This document shows positions 39,217-49,210 of a DNA stretch of 64,000 bases, piece by piece; the stretch's first letter is position 1; each line of letters starts with the position of its first letter. The position numbers and the translations under genes were made by a program. Below the pieces are notes generated by a model. It had not been told where the DNA came from, did not search any database, and saw only the letters and a program-made list of their open reading frames with translations. The stretch lies in assembly GCA_944390005.1 (NCBI GenBank), contig CALXOJ010000001.1, forward strand, positions 28,017-92,016, written 5' to 3'. Source of the DNA: an uncultured Spirochaetota bacterium. GTDB taxonomy: Bacteria; Spirochaetota; Spirochaetia; JAFGXN01.

Positions 39217-40248
39217 ATGAGTGATACATTAAGTCAGGACGAAATAGACGAACTTCTCAAAGCCATCTCCTCCGGAGAAATGGAGGATACCAATTACAGC
39301 AGAGAAGCCAATAAGCGGAAAATCAAAATTTACGATTTCCGTCGTCCCGACAAATTCTCAAAGGATCAGATTCGCACCGTTTCAATTATGCACGAAACGT
39401 TTGCGCGTTTGACAACAACCTCTTTGTCGGCTCAGTTGCGTTGTTTGATTAATGTCCACGTAGCCAGTGTTGATCAGCTGACGTACGAGGAGTTCATCCG
39501 CTCGATTCCGAATCATACGACTTTGGGTATCATCAACATGGATCCGCTGAAAGGTTCGGCAGTTTTGGAGATTGATCCGTCGATTACATTCAGCATTATC
39601 GATCGGCTCTTCGGCGGCGCCGGAACGAACTTCAAAATGCAGCGCGACTTAACCGATATCGAACAGGCTGTCATGGAGGGGATTATTGTCAAAATCCTCG
39701 GAAATTTGCGCGAGGCGTGGGGTCAGGTTATCGATTTAAGACCGCGTTTGGGAAACATTGAAACCAATCCGCAGTTTGCACAGATTGTTCCGCCGTCGGA
39801 AATGGTTGTATTGGTAACGCTGGAAACTAAAATCGGCGATGTCGAAGGGATGATTAATCTCTGCATCCCGTATATTACTATTGAACCGATTATTTCCAAA
39901 TTGTCGGCGCAGTATATGTACGCCTCGGTTCGCAGCGGCGGTACGACAGAGAGTTTAAATATTCTCCGTTCGCGGATTTCAAATGTCAACGTTAATTTGA
40001 TTGCTGAAATCGGCAGTTTAGACATTAAGGTTAAAGATGTTGTCAATTTAAAAGCCGGCGACTTTGTCCGGTTGCCGGGCGTCCGTTACGACGGAGAAAT
40101 TATTTTGAAAATCGGAAACCGCAACAAATTCCGTTGTAAGCCGGGAATTGTCGGTAAAAAAATGGCGGTTCAAATCACGGGACTGTTGGAGGACAACGAC
40201 CGCGACAAATTCGATGAGCTGCAAGCAGAAGGAGAAGAAAATGAGTGA
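39217..40248 (+). CDS. fliM: Flagellar motor switch protein FliM
   Basis: LSQDEIDELL, YDFRRPDKFSK, GG.G, ETNPQF, C-terminal SpoA domain. Confidence 0.98.
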   Translation: MSDTLSQDEIDELLKAISSGEMEDTNYSREANKRKIKIYDFRRPDKFSKDQIRTVSIMHETFARLTTTSLSAQLRCLINVHVASVDQLTYEEFIRSIPNHTTLGIINMDPLKGSAVLEIDPSITFSIIDRLFGGAGTNFKMQRDLTDIEQAVMEGIIVKILGNLREAWGQVIDLRPRLGNIETNPQFAQIVPPSEMVVLVTLETKIGDVEGMINLCIPYITIEPIISKLSAQYMYASVRSGGTTESLNILRSRISNVNVNLIAEIGSLDIKVKDVVNLKAGDFVRLPGVRYDGEIILKIGNRNKFRCKPGIVGKKMAVQITGLLEDNDRDKFDELQAEGEENE

Positions 40249-41320
40249 CGGTTCTTTAAGTCAAGAAGAAATCGATGCGTTATTGCAAGGCATTCCTTCG
40301 TTCGATTCGAAGTCGGCCGCCGCAAAAAAAGCGCCCCCCGCTTCGCAAATCAAAGCTGAATTTGAAAGCATTCCGCGTAAAATACAGAACGAATACGTAA
40401 AAAATCTGGAGACATTGACCGGCGTGTCCGTAACGCTCAAGGGAATCGAGGTCGCAGAAGTCGATTCTGAGTCAATTTTAACTAAGTTGCCGGATGAAGT
40501 GGTTTACTTTAACGCTTCTTTCAGCGGATTTGAAAAAAACAGTCATCTTTATCTTTTTTCGAAAGAGACCGCACGCGTCATTGCCGAAAAAATGATGGGG
40601 CAGACGCTTGACGGAATTTCGGAAGCCACCGTTTCAGCTATCGGCGAGGTGATTAATCTTTTCAACTCGGCCGTTGTCACCGAAATGGAGAAAGAGGGAG
40701 TTTCGTTGACGCCTGACGCTGTTAACGGTAATTTGAATCTTTCCGGATCAATCGGACTTCCGAAGGGATCATTTATTTTGGTTTCTTACGATTTGAAAAT
40801 CAACGGATTCGAAGACGGTAAATTATATGAGCTGTACGCGGATTCGGTTGCCAGGGTTATGCTCAAAAAGAGCAGCGCCTCGCCAACGAAAAAAAACTCT
40901 TTGGAGGACATGTTAAATATGAACGATCAACCCGTTTCCGGCGTCGGCGCGAATGTCGGTCAAGCTGCCGCTCAAAATTCTCCCGTTAATCAAGTCGGGG
41001 CGGTGCATCCCGCTGTCTTTTCCGGTTTAACGGACGTTTCCGGGTTAACGCCTGCCGAACAGAGCAATATCAGCCTTTTGATGGACGTTTACATGGAAAT
41101 GACTGTCGAATTGGGACGTACAAAACGGTTGATTAAGGATATCCTTCAAATGGGAGAAGGAACCATCATTGCTTTGGATAAGCTGGCCGGCGAACCGGTT
41201 GATATTTTGGTCAATCATAAGTTGATCGCTAAAGGAGAGGTTGTCGTTATTGACGAGAACTTCGGTGTGCGTGTTACGGAAATCATTTCGCCGATGGAGC
41301 GGGTTTCCGACATTATGTAA
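40241..41320 (+). CDS. fliY: Flagellar switch protein FliY/FliN
   Basis: LSQEEIDALL N-terminal peptide, CheC-like middle domain (SAIGEVIN), SpoA domain GEVVVIDENFGVR. Confidence 0.9.
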   Translation: MSDGSLSQEEIDALLQGIPSFDSKSAAAKKAPPASQIKAEFESIPRKIQNEYVKNLETLTGVSVTLKGIEVAEVDSESILTKLPDEVVYFNASFSGFEKNSHLYLFSKETARVIAEKMMGQTLDGISEATVSAIGEVINLFNSAVVTEMEKEGVSLTPDAVNGNLNLSGSIGLPKGSFILVSYDLKINGFEDGKLYELYADSVARVMLKKSSASPTKKNSLEDMLNMNDQPVSGVGANVGQAAAQNSPVNQVGAVHPAVFSGLTDVSGLTPAEQSNISLLMDVYMEMTVELGRTKRLIKDILQMGEGTIIALDKLAGEPVDILVNHKLIAKGEVVVIDENFGVRVTEIISPMERVSDIM

Positions 41321-41330
41321 GGTCGTTGAA

Positions 41331-41933
41331 TTGACGAAAAAATGCTTTATTCTTATTTTTCTGATTGTTTTCTGTCTGCCGCTTTTTTCGCAGGAGAACA
41401 GCGGAGACGGAGAACCCGTTGCGCCCGCAGCGGAAACGGAGATTAACGAAGAGAACCTATCGATTTCGACTGAAACTGTCGATGAAAATTTTGAAAGCGG
41501 CGGAATCGGCGCGCGGCCGGTTGTCAGCATGATTTTCGGTCTTCTGCTGATTGCGCTGCTTTTCTTCTTTCTATTCCGTTATTTTAAAAGACTGACAAAA
41601 CCGACCGTTTCGCCTGAAGGCGGATTTTTTCGTGTGTTGGCCTCTGAGTCGCTGTTCGGCAGCCGTTATATTCACATCGTCAAAGCCGGTTCTTCATACT
41701 ATTTTTTGGCATCGGCGGATAACGAGGTGACACTTCTAGAAAAAATCGAAGATCCCGAAATGATTCAATCGATCGAACTGTACGTTTCTTCGATTCCAAC
41801 TGAGCCGCAGACATTTCAGGAACGGTTGATGAGCGCTGTTCAAAAATCGAAAATTCGCGTTTCAATGGACGAAACGGCGCGTAAAATGGGCGAGCGTCTG
41901 AAAAAACAGGGCGATAAATTTAAAAAAATGTAG
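41331..41933 (+). CDS. fliO: Flagellar biogenesis protein FliO/FliZ
   Basis: Signal-peptide-like N-terminus, TM helix, beta-rich FliO-like domain; lies before fliP. Confidence 0.8.
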   Translation: MTKKCFILIFLIVFCLPLFSQENSGDGEPVAPAAETEINEENLSISTETVDENFESGGIGARPVVSMIFGLLLIALLFFFLFRYFKRLTKPTVSPEGGFFRVLASESLFGSRYIHIVKAGSSYYFLASADNEVTLLEKIEDPEMIQSIELYVSSIPTEPQTFQERLMSAVQKSKIRVSMDETARKMGERLKKQGDKFKKM

Positions 41934-41959
41934 CTTCTTGCAGGGAAATATGTTATAAT
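41931..41959 (+). promoter_or_regulatory. Internal extended -10 promoter upstream of fliP
   Basis: TAGCTT-N17-TATAAT with TGn (TGTTATAAT at 41951-41959); GGGAGG RBS. Confidence 0.55.
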
Positions 41960-41977
41960 TCTTCCAATGGGAGGACT

Positions 41978-42766
41978 ATGAGCAAGAAGTTTCTCTTTTT
42001 GTTGATATTTTGCGCGTCGGTCTTTTTAGGATCAGACGGTTATGCGCAATCTGCTCTTGATACGCGGACAGAATCGGAAAATTTGGCGATTCCGTTTATT
42101 GATATGACTGTGCGTTCGCCGCAGAATAATCAGGAAACGGCGCTTTCTATTCAACTCATTCTTTTACTTGCCATTATCACACTTTCACCGTCAATCATCG
42201 TTTTGATGACTTCGTTCTTGAGACTGGCGATTGTCTTTGACTTCATTAAAAGAGCACTTTCTCTGCAGTCGGCGCCTCCGAATCAGGTCGTTATGGGCAT
42301 TGCGCTTTTTCTCTCGCTTTTCATTATGTGGCCGACGTTGTCAGAGATTTACAACAAGGCTTATATTCCTTATACAGAGGGTGAATTGACAACGGCTGAG
42401 ATGATTGAAGAAGCCGAAAGTCCGATTCGCCTTTTTATGTACCGTCAAATGGCAGGGAATCACGATAATATCGCCCTGTTTATGCGGATGGGAGATCTGC
42501 CGAAACCGAATAACCTCTCTGATGTTCCGACGCACGTTTTGATTCCCGCTTTTATTCTGAATGAATTGACGGTTGCATTTAAAATCGGGATTCTGATTTT
42601 TTTACCGTTTATCGTTATTGATTTGATTGTTGCGTCGATTTTGATGTCGATGGGAATGATTATGTTGCCGCCGGTAATGATTTCTATGCCGTTTAAAATC
42701 GCGCTTTTCGTTATGGTTGACGGCTGGACGCTGCTAACGCAGCAATTGATGATCAGTTTTAGGTAG
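41978..42766 (+). CDS. fliP: Flagellar export gate protein FliP
   Basis: MTSFLR, PPNQV, PAFILNEL, MGMIMLPP, PFKI.LFV.VDGW. Confidence 0.97.
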   Translation: MSKKFLFLLIFCASVFLGSDGYAQSALDTRTESENLAIPFIDMTVRSPQNNQETALSIQLILLLAIITLSPSIIVLMTSFLRLAIVFDFIKRALSLQSAPPNQVVMGIALFLSLFIMWPTLSEIYNKAYIPYTEGELTTAEMIEEAESPIRLFMYRQMAGNHDNIALFMRMGDLPKPNNLSDVPTHVLIPAFILNELTVAFKIGILIFLPFIVIDLIVASILMSMGMIMLPPVMISMPFKIALFVMVDGWTLLTQQLMISFR

Positions 42767-42775
42767 GGGGAGGGT

Positions 42776-43048
42776 GTGAGCGTTACAGCAATTGCTAACC
42801 TTTTTTCCGAAGCGATTTATTATATCCTTCTGGTTTCGATGCCGTCTCTGCTGGCTGCCGTGATTGTCGGTTTGGTGATTTCCATTTTTCAGGCGACAAC
42901 GACCATTCAAGAGCAGACGCTGACCTTTGTTCCCAAAATCATTGCCGTTTTATTGGTGATAGTTGTTTTGTTTGTCTGGATGTCGAATATGCTGGGAGAA
43001 TACACGCGGAATTTGTTTGAAATGATTCCGCGGATTGCGGGAATATAG
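42776..43048 (+). CDS. fliQ: Flagellar export gate protein FliQ
   Basis: GLVISIFQATTTIQEQTLTFVPK. Confidence 0.97.
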   Translation: MSVTAIANLFSEAIYYILLVSMPSLLAAVIVGLVISIFQATTTIQEQTLTFVPKIIAVLLVIVVLFVWMSNMLGEYTRNLFEMIPRIAGI

Positions 43049-43849
43049 ATGAGTTTGGGGTATCTGCTGTCACATTCCTTTATTCTTCTCTTTTGTTTTG
43101 CGCGGATGCTGGCGTTTTTTTCAGTGATTCCGATGATGTCGGCCGGCGGAGTGCCGTATTTGGTGCGCGCCGCTTTGGCGTTTTTGACTTCTGTTGTGAT
43201 TTTGCCTCCGGTCGTCGCGCTCGGGTTTTATCCGACGCCGCAAACGCTGTCGGTTTTTGTCTTTTTTATGCTGGCGGAAATCGTAATCGGTTTGATGATG
43301 GGGTTCCTTGTCTACGCGTACTTTGTGATTTTTCAGATGGCCGGTCAGCTTTTTACGATTCAGATGGGGCTTTCAGCGTCTGACGTCTTTGATCCGTTGA
43401 GTCAGGATGAGATGCCGCTGATCGGCAATTTTTTTAATTTAGCGGCGCTTTATCTCTTTGTCTCAACGAAGGGGTTTGTGAATTTGTTTTTAGGCGGTAT
43501 TTATGAATCGTTCCGTCGGTTGCCGGCGCCTGATTTTATGCTGATTCGTCAGGACGCTTCCGATTTTTTTGTCCGCCTTGTCGATGTTTTAATGCGGCAG
43601 TCGTTTGTCACGGCTGTTCCGATTATCGGTACTTTATTGATAGCGTCGTTGACAATGGGGCTTTTGGCTAAAGCAGCGCCGCAGATGAACTTGCTGATGC
43701 TCGGCTTTCCGATTAATATTGCGGTTGCCTTTTTCCTGATTATTTTGGCGCTCCCCGTTATGATTGATTTTTTTTCGTATTTGTTTAATCGTCTTTTTAT
43801 TGATCTCGGAACGGTCTTCTATAAAGGAGGGTTGAATGCCGTTCCGTAA
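43049..43849 (+). CDS. fliR: Flagellar export gate protein FliR
   Basis: EIVIG, AGQ..QMG, KAAPQMN..GFP. Confidence 0.96.
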   Translation: MSLGYLLSHSFILLFCFARMLAFFSVIPMMSAGGVPYLVRAALAFLTSVVILPPVVALGFYPTPQTLSVFVFFMLAEIVIGLMMGFLVYAYFVIFQMAGQLFTIQMGLSASDVFDPLSQDEMPLIGNFFNLAALYLFVSTKGFVNLFLGGIYESFRRLPAPDFMLIRQDASDFFVRLVDVLMRQSFVTAVPIIGTLLIASLTMGLLAKAAPQMNLLMLGFPINIAVAFFLIILALPVMIDFFSYLFNRLFIDLGTVFYKGGLNAVP

Positions 43850-45020
43850 TGATTTGTCAGCAATGCATCGAAGTTATTTCTTTCTCCGAGAGCGACCGTC
43901 GTTTGAGTCCGTTGCATCTCGGATTGACTTGCAATGGTTTGCATCCGCTGAAGATGAAGGGCGGACGTTTGATGCAACGGAAGTTAAAAAAAGGAAATCG
44001 CGGGAAGAGGGTAAAGTTGCCAAGTCGGCGGATATGGTCTCCGCAGTGGTGCTGCTGGCATGTGTTGTGACGATTTTTATTTCTGGCGGCTATATGATGA
44101 AAATCATGCTTGATACCTGCCGATTTTACTTTTCGAACATTACTGAATGGAACGCTGTTTTTTCGTTAAAACCTTACGGTTTTATGACGCTGCAGTTTGT
44201 TAAAGCGGTGATTCCTCTCTTTCTCATCAGTGTCGCCGTTGCGCTTTTGACCAATATCGGACAGGTTGGTTTTTTTGTGACGGGGAAACCGCTGGTTCCG
44301 AAGGCGGATCGTATTTTTCCGAAATGGGACCGGTTAAAAAATGCAATGTTTTCCCGGCAGGCTGCGTTTAACTTAATGAAAACTTTTGTGAAGGTCGTTT
44401 GCATCAGCGGAATTGCGGTGGCCAATGTTTTTCTGTATTGGCCGGAATTTGTTCAGGCCATTCGTTATCCGTTGGAAAACGGTTTGCATTCAGTTTTTAC
44501 GGTTTCTGTTTTAATTGCCGTTGAGGCGGCGTTGTTTCTGCTGGCGTTTTCGATTCCTGATTGGTTTTTTCAAAAGAAACAGTATGAAGAAGAGTTGAAA
44601 ATGACATTGACGGAGTTTCGTGATGAATTGAAGGAGACGGAAGGAAACCCGATGGTGAAACAAAAAATCCGCGAACAGCATGATCGTTTACTGGCGGGCG
44701 ATATCGAAGGCGCCGTAAAAGAAGCTGATGTTGTCATCACCAACCCGACGCACTTCGCCTGCGTGTTGGCTTATGATCCTCAAAAAGATCAGGCGCCGCG
44801 TTTGGTTTTGAAAGGGGCGGATTTCAATGCGTTGACGATCAAAAAAGTTGCCAAAAAGTTTAATGTTCCGATTGTGGAAAATAAGCCGTTGGCCAGAAGC
44901 ATTTACGCCAACGTGAAACAAGGTGAAACCGTTCCGCCTTCGTTTCACGAAGCTTTGGTCGGAATTTACCGATATTTTGTTTACAAATACGCAAATGCGG
45001 GAGCAGAGGGGGTCGGTTGA
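43836..45020 (+). CDS. flhB: Flagellar export switch protein FlhB
   Basis: REEGKVAKS, KETEGNP, ITNPTH autocleavage motif, ENKPLAR. Confidence 0.96.
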   Translation: MPFRNDLSAMHRSYFFLRERPSFESVASRIDLQWFASAEDEGRTFDATEVKKRKSREEGKVAKSADMVSAVVLLACVVTIFISGGYMMKIMLDTCRFYFSNITEWNAVFSLKPYGFMTLQFVKAVIPLFLISVAVALLTNIGQVGFFVTGKPLVPKADRIFPKWDRLKNAMFSRQAAFNLMKTFVKVVCISGIAVANVFLYWPEFVQAIRYPLENGLHSVFTVSVLIAVEAALFLLAFSIPDWFFQKKQYEEELKMTLTEFRDELKETEGNPMVKQKIREQHDRLLAGDIEGAVKEADVVITNPTHFACVLAYDPQKDQAPRLVLKGADFNALTIKKVAKKFNVPIVENKPLARSIYANVKQGETVPPSFHEALVGIYRYFVYKYANAGAEGVG

Positions 45021-47158
45021 TGGCGGAAGAGCGAAAATCGTTTTCTTCTACACTCATGAATTTTTTCTCGGCGTTTAAAGGCGTGCGTCAGACAGTCGTA
45101 TTATCGATCTGCGTTGTTGTCTGCGTTTTGATGATGATTCTGCCTCTGCCGACGCCGTTGCTGGATTTTTTAATGATTTTAAATATCGCTTTGTCGTTGG
45201 TGATTTTGCTTTTAGCGTTGAACGTGAAACGAGCCATCGACTTTGATGTTTTTCCGACGATGCTTCTATTGTCGACTATTTTCGGATTGGGTTTAAATAT
45301 CAGTTCGACGCGATTGATTTTGACTCAGGGTGCCGAATTTGACGGCCGCATTGTTCGGATGTTTTCAACCTTCGTGACCGGCAGCGGAGGAACCGTTGGT
45401 TTGGTGGTCGGATTCATTATGTTTGCCATTTTAATGATTGTCCAGTTGGTCGTTATTACGAAAGGAGCGACTCGATCGGCCGAAGTTCGGGCTCGTTTCA
45501 AATTGGACAGTATGCAAATCGATAAAATGGATGTGACAAATGAATTTGCGCAAGGTCACATTACGGAAAGTGAATACAAACGCCGGAAAAAAGATCTTCA
45601 AAGATCGGTTGATCTTTTCGGAACTCTCGACGGAGCTTCGAAATTTGTCTCCGGAAACGTCAAAGCCGGTTTGGTGATTACTGTCATTAATGTTGTCGGC
45701 GGTTTGATTGTCGGAGTTTTTCTTCACGGCGAAAGTTGGAGCGGGGCTTTCTCCAATTACATCGGATTGGCAATCGGCGACGGTTTGGTTTCTCAGCTGC
45801 CGGCGCTATTGGTTTCGGTTGCTTCCGGTATCATCATCACCAAAGGAGAATCGGAAGATGGTTTCCCGGCCGACGTGTCAAAGCAGTTTCGCGTCAATCC
45901 GATTATGTATATCATTATTGGGGCGCTGCTGTTTTTGATGGCTCTGATTCCGGGTTTTCCGTGGTACATTTTAATTCCGGTGGCGCTCGGTTTGTTTTAT
46001 ATTGCGTACCGCGTTTGGCAGCAGGATTCGCAGGCGGATTCGTCCGACGGTTCGAATGAAACGCCGGAGAGTGCGGCCGGAGGTTCTCAGCAGGAGCAGG
46101 AAGTGGTTCAGCCGTTGGATCCGATTTCTGTTGAAATCGGATACGGGCTTGTTCCGTTGGTTTCGTCCGGGACGGAGAAGAAAACAGAACTTTTAGACCG
46201 TATCCGCAGCCTTCGTTCTGAATTTTTGAATGAATTCGGTTTGTACATTCCGAAAGTCCGCGTCAAAGATAACCTTTCGATGGATCCTAATGAATATCGG
46301 ATTAAAATTTACGGAAATCCTTACGGAAAAGGACAGATGAAATACGGTTATCTTTTGGCGATCGGTTCGTCTTCCGACGGTCAAGAGATTTTGGGAGAGA
46401 AGACAGTCGAACCGTCGTTTCAGCTGCCGGCAGTTTGGATTAATTCCGACCAAATCGCAGAGGCGGAACAAAAAGGTTATACCGTTGTCGATTGTTCAAC
46501 TGCAATCGTGACGCACCTTTCGGAAATTCTGAAACGGCACGCCGCCGATCTGCTGACTTTGCAGCAAGTGCAGAATTTATTGGAATCGATCAAGCAGGAC
46601 AATGCGGCCGCTTATGACAAAATCATCTCCCGCCCTGTTTCACTGACATTGATTCAAAAAGTGTTTCGTAATTTGATTTCCGAAGGTGTTTCTATCCGCA
46701 ATGTCGGCGGAATCGCGGAAGCGATTTTGACATACATCGATCTTTTCGGCGATAATGCGGATTATCTTTCCGAAAAAGTCAGACAGTCTTTGGGACCGCA
46801 GTTAACGCAAAAATATTTGGATCAGGACGATGTATTGAATTGCATTACTTTGTCTCCGGATTTTCAGAATTATCTGCTGCGGCTATACATGGAAAATAAC
46901 AGTTTTGAAATCAAGCATTTGATTCCGATTCCCGTGATGAGCCGGTTTATGACTGCATTACAAAATACAGTAGCAGACGTCACGGCGCGCGGTTACTTCC
47001 CTTTAATTTTGACAACGGCCGATTTGAGACGCGTCATACGGTCTTTGCTTGGTAAAGATTTTTCTTCGATTCCCGTACTCTCCATCAGTGAGGCGGGAGA
47101 TTTAAAAATGATCGAAATTGCCCGCATTTCAATTGATTTGAAGGAGGCGCTCGAATGA
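45020..47158 (+). CDS. flhA: Flagellar export protein FlhA
   Basis: FPTMLL, LNISSTR, ITKGATR.AEV.ARF, DGASKFV, IGDGLVSQLPA, EGVSIRN. Confidence 0.96.
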   Translation: MAEERKSFSSTLMNFFSAFKGVRQTVVLSICVVVCVLMMILPLPTPLLDFLMILNIALSLVILLLALNVKRAIDFDVFPTMLLLSTIFGLGLNISSTRLILTQGAEFDGRIVRMFSTFVTGSGGTVGLVVGFIMFAILMIVQLVVITKGATRSAEVRARFKLDSMQIDKMDVTNEFAQGHITESEYKRRKKDLQRSVDLFGTLDGASKFVSGNVKAGLVITVINVVGGLIVGVFLHGESWSGAFSNYIGLAIGDGLVSQLPALLVSVASGIIITKGESEDGFPADVSKQFRVNPIMYIIIGALLFLMALIPGFPWYILIPVALGLFYIAYRVWQQDSQADSSDGSNETPESAAGGSQQEQEVVQPLDPISVEIGYGLVPLVSSGTEKKTELLDRIRSLRSEFLNEFGLYIPKVRVKDNLSMDPNEYRIKIYGNPYGKGQMKYGYLLAIGSSSDGQEILGEKTVEPSFQLPAVWINSDQIAEAEQKGYTVVDCSTAIVTHLSEILKRHAADLLTLQQVQNLLESIKQDNAAAYDKIISRPVSLTLIQKVFRNLISEGVSIRNVGGIAEAILTYIDLFGDNADYLSEKVRQSLGPQLTQKYLDQDDVLNCITLSPDFQNYLLRLYMENNSFEIKHLIPIPVMSRFMTALQNTVADVTARGYFPLILTTADLRRVIRSLLGKDFSSIPVLSISEAGDLKMIEIARISIDLKEALE

Positions 47159-48303
47159 CGGCATTCGGTCCCATTGAAGGAACGTCAAAAGAAGAGGTTT
47201 TGGATACGCTGAATACTCTTTACACTCCGAGAGGTTATAAAATTACGAAATGGGGAGAAAAGTATAAAGGGTTTTTAAGAACAAAAAAAATTTATTCGGC
47301 GGAAGGTTATTTGGTCGTCGAAGAAAAAAGTGCGTTCCAAAAATCAAAAGAGGAGCTTCTTCATGCGATTCCGGCTCAAAAGAATCGATCCGAAAAAGAA
47401 ATTTTGGACGGCATGAAAGATATGAGAGAGCGCTTAGGGGAGCGCTTGGATCAAATAGAGCGTCGCTTAAATCAATCCGAATCGACTCAATGGGACGCAA
47501 ATGTCTTGGAAATTCGTTCATTGCTGGAAAAAAACGACTTTATTCCAGAATATATCGATGAAATTTGTACAAGAATTCATGAATCAATGCCGCAATCGGA
47601 GGTCAAACGCTTAAATTCGTTAAAAGAGCGAGTTGTCGATTGGATTGCGGCGGATATCAAAATCGAATCGTCGGTTTTTAAAACGGCAAAACAACCGATG
47701 AAAATTCTGATTTTTCTCGGTCCGACCGGAGTCGGAAAGACGACTACTATTGTTAAGATGGCGGCTTCTTTAGCGGGGGATGCGAAATATACGTTTTTTA
47801 CGACCGATAACTACAAAATCGGAGCTGTCGATCAAATGAGAAAATTTGCCGAACTTTTGAATATTTCTTGTTCGGTGATTCGTAAAGATGAAGATATGAA
47901 ATTGAAATTTTGGGAAGCGTCCGCTTTTGATTTGGATTTGATTTTTATCGACACTCCCGGATTTTCACCGACACACTATACGCTGGCTGCCGACGTCAGA
48001 CAAATTTTGGAGCCGTGCAAAGCGGAAGCGTATCCGATGCTTTTGATTCCCGCGTATACACGTTATTCCGATATGATTCGTATTATTGAAGAATTTAGTA
48101 TTTTTGATTATAAAGGAATTGTTTTTACGAAATTTGACGAAACAACAACGGTTGGAACGGTGATTTCGGTTATGAAAAAGACGGGAAAACCGGCACTTTT
48201 TTTTACTGACGGACAAGATGCTGCCAAAAATATCGAAGCGGCGACAAAGACATTTTTGTTAAACAGGTTGATCGGGTTTGGAAAAGCCGGTCAATTTAAG
48301 TAG
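47155..48303 (+). CDS. flhF: SRP-family GTPase FlhF
   Basis: [30 protein letters not shown]. Confidence 0.93.
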   Translation: MTAFGPIEGTSKEEVLDTLNTLYTPRGYKITKWGEKYKGFLRTKKIYSAEGYLVVEEKSAFQKSKEELLHAIPAQKNRSEKEILDGMKDMRERLGERLDQIERRLNQSESTQWDANVLEIRSLLEKNDFIPEYIDEICTRIHESMPQSEVKRLNSLKERVVDWIAADIKIESSVFKTAKQPMKILIFLGPTGVGKTTTIVKMAASLAGDAKYTFFTTDNYKIGAVDQMRKFAELLNISCSVIRKDEDMKLKFWEASAFDLDLIFIDTPGFSPTHYTLAADVRQILEPCKAEAYPMLLIPAYTRYSDMIRIIEEFSIFDYKGIVFTKFDETTTVGTVISVMKKTGKPALFFTDGQDAAKNIEAATKTFLLNRLIGFGKAGQFK

Positions 48304-48311
48304 GAGGGACC

Positions 48312-49193
48312 ATGCAGGATCAAGCCGAGCAACTGCGCCAAATGATGAGAGGGCGGGGCGGAGGAAATAACGGAGCTGCTCCAGTTCGGAACAGAACTCG
48401 AATCATTGCCGTTTCCAGCGGTAAAGGCGGAGTCGGAAAAACGAATATTTCGACAGCACTGGCAATTGCGTATGCCAAAATCGGGAAAAAGGTTATTTTA
48501 CTTGACGCTGATTTGGGGTTGGCAAATGTCAATGTCGTTATGGGGATTATTCCGAAGTACAATCTCTATCACTTGATGGAGCGTCAACGTTCCATTAAAG
48601 AGATCATTCTTGATACAGAGTATGGAGTAAAGATCGTTGCCGGCGCTTCCGGATTTTCCAAAATTGCCAATTTAGGCGAAGAAGAACGTGAATATTTCAT
48701 CGAAGAAATGTCGCAGCTTTCGAATGCGGATATTGTGATTGTCGATACGGGAGCCGGTGTTTCCGATAATGTGATTTCTTTCATCTCGGCTGCTGACGAC
48801 GCTGTGATTGTTACAACTCCCGAACCGACGGCTATCACCGATGCTTACAGTATCATCAAAATCATTGCCGGCGAAGTTGATAATTCTCGACTTTCGATTA
48901 AACTTTTGGTTAATCGGGTTCAATCCGTAAAACAGGGAAAAGATGTTGCCGGAAAAATCATAGGCATTGCGGGACAGTTTTTGAATTTAAAAGTGGATTA
49001 TCTCGGTTATGTCATGGAAGATCCCGCTGTTTTAAATGCTGTGCTGCGTCAACGTCCTTTTTTCGATCTCAGTCCGAGTTGTAAGGCTTCTGAATGCATT
49101 CGCCACATTGTCGGTCGATTGGAAAATATTGAATACAAAGAAGGCAGCGGTGTGACGTCGTTTTTAAAGCGAATGTTTGCCAAAAACGGTTGA
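48312..49193 (+). CDS. flhG: MinD-like ATPase FlhG
   Basis: N-terminal DQAEQLR activator helix, SGKGGVGKT, DADLGLAN, TPEPTAITDAY. Confidence 0.96.
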   Translation: MQDQAEQLRQMMRGRGGGNNGAAPVRNRTRIIAVSSGKGGVGKTNISTALAIAYAKIGKKVILLDADLGLANVNVVMGIIPKYNLYHLMERQRSIKEIILDTEYGVKIVAGASGFSKIANLGEEEREYFIEEMSQLSNADIVIVDTGAGVSDNVISFISAADDAVIVTTPEPTAITDAYSIIKIIAGEVDNSRLSIKLLVNRVQSVKQGKDVAGKIIGIAGQFLNLKVDYLGYVMEDPAVLNAVLRQRPFFDLSPSCKASECIRHIVGRLENIEYKEGSGVTSFLKRMFAKNG

Positions 49194-49210
49194 CTTGAGA
49201 GGAGTTTCCG

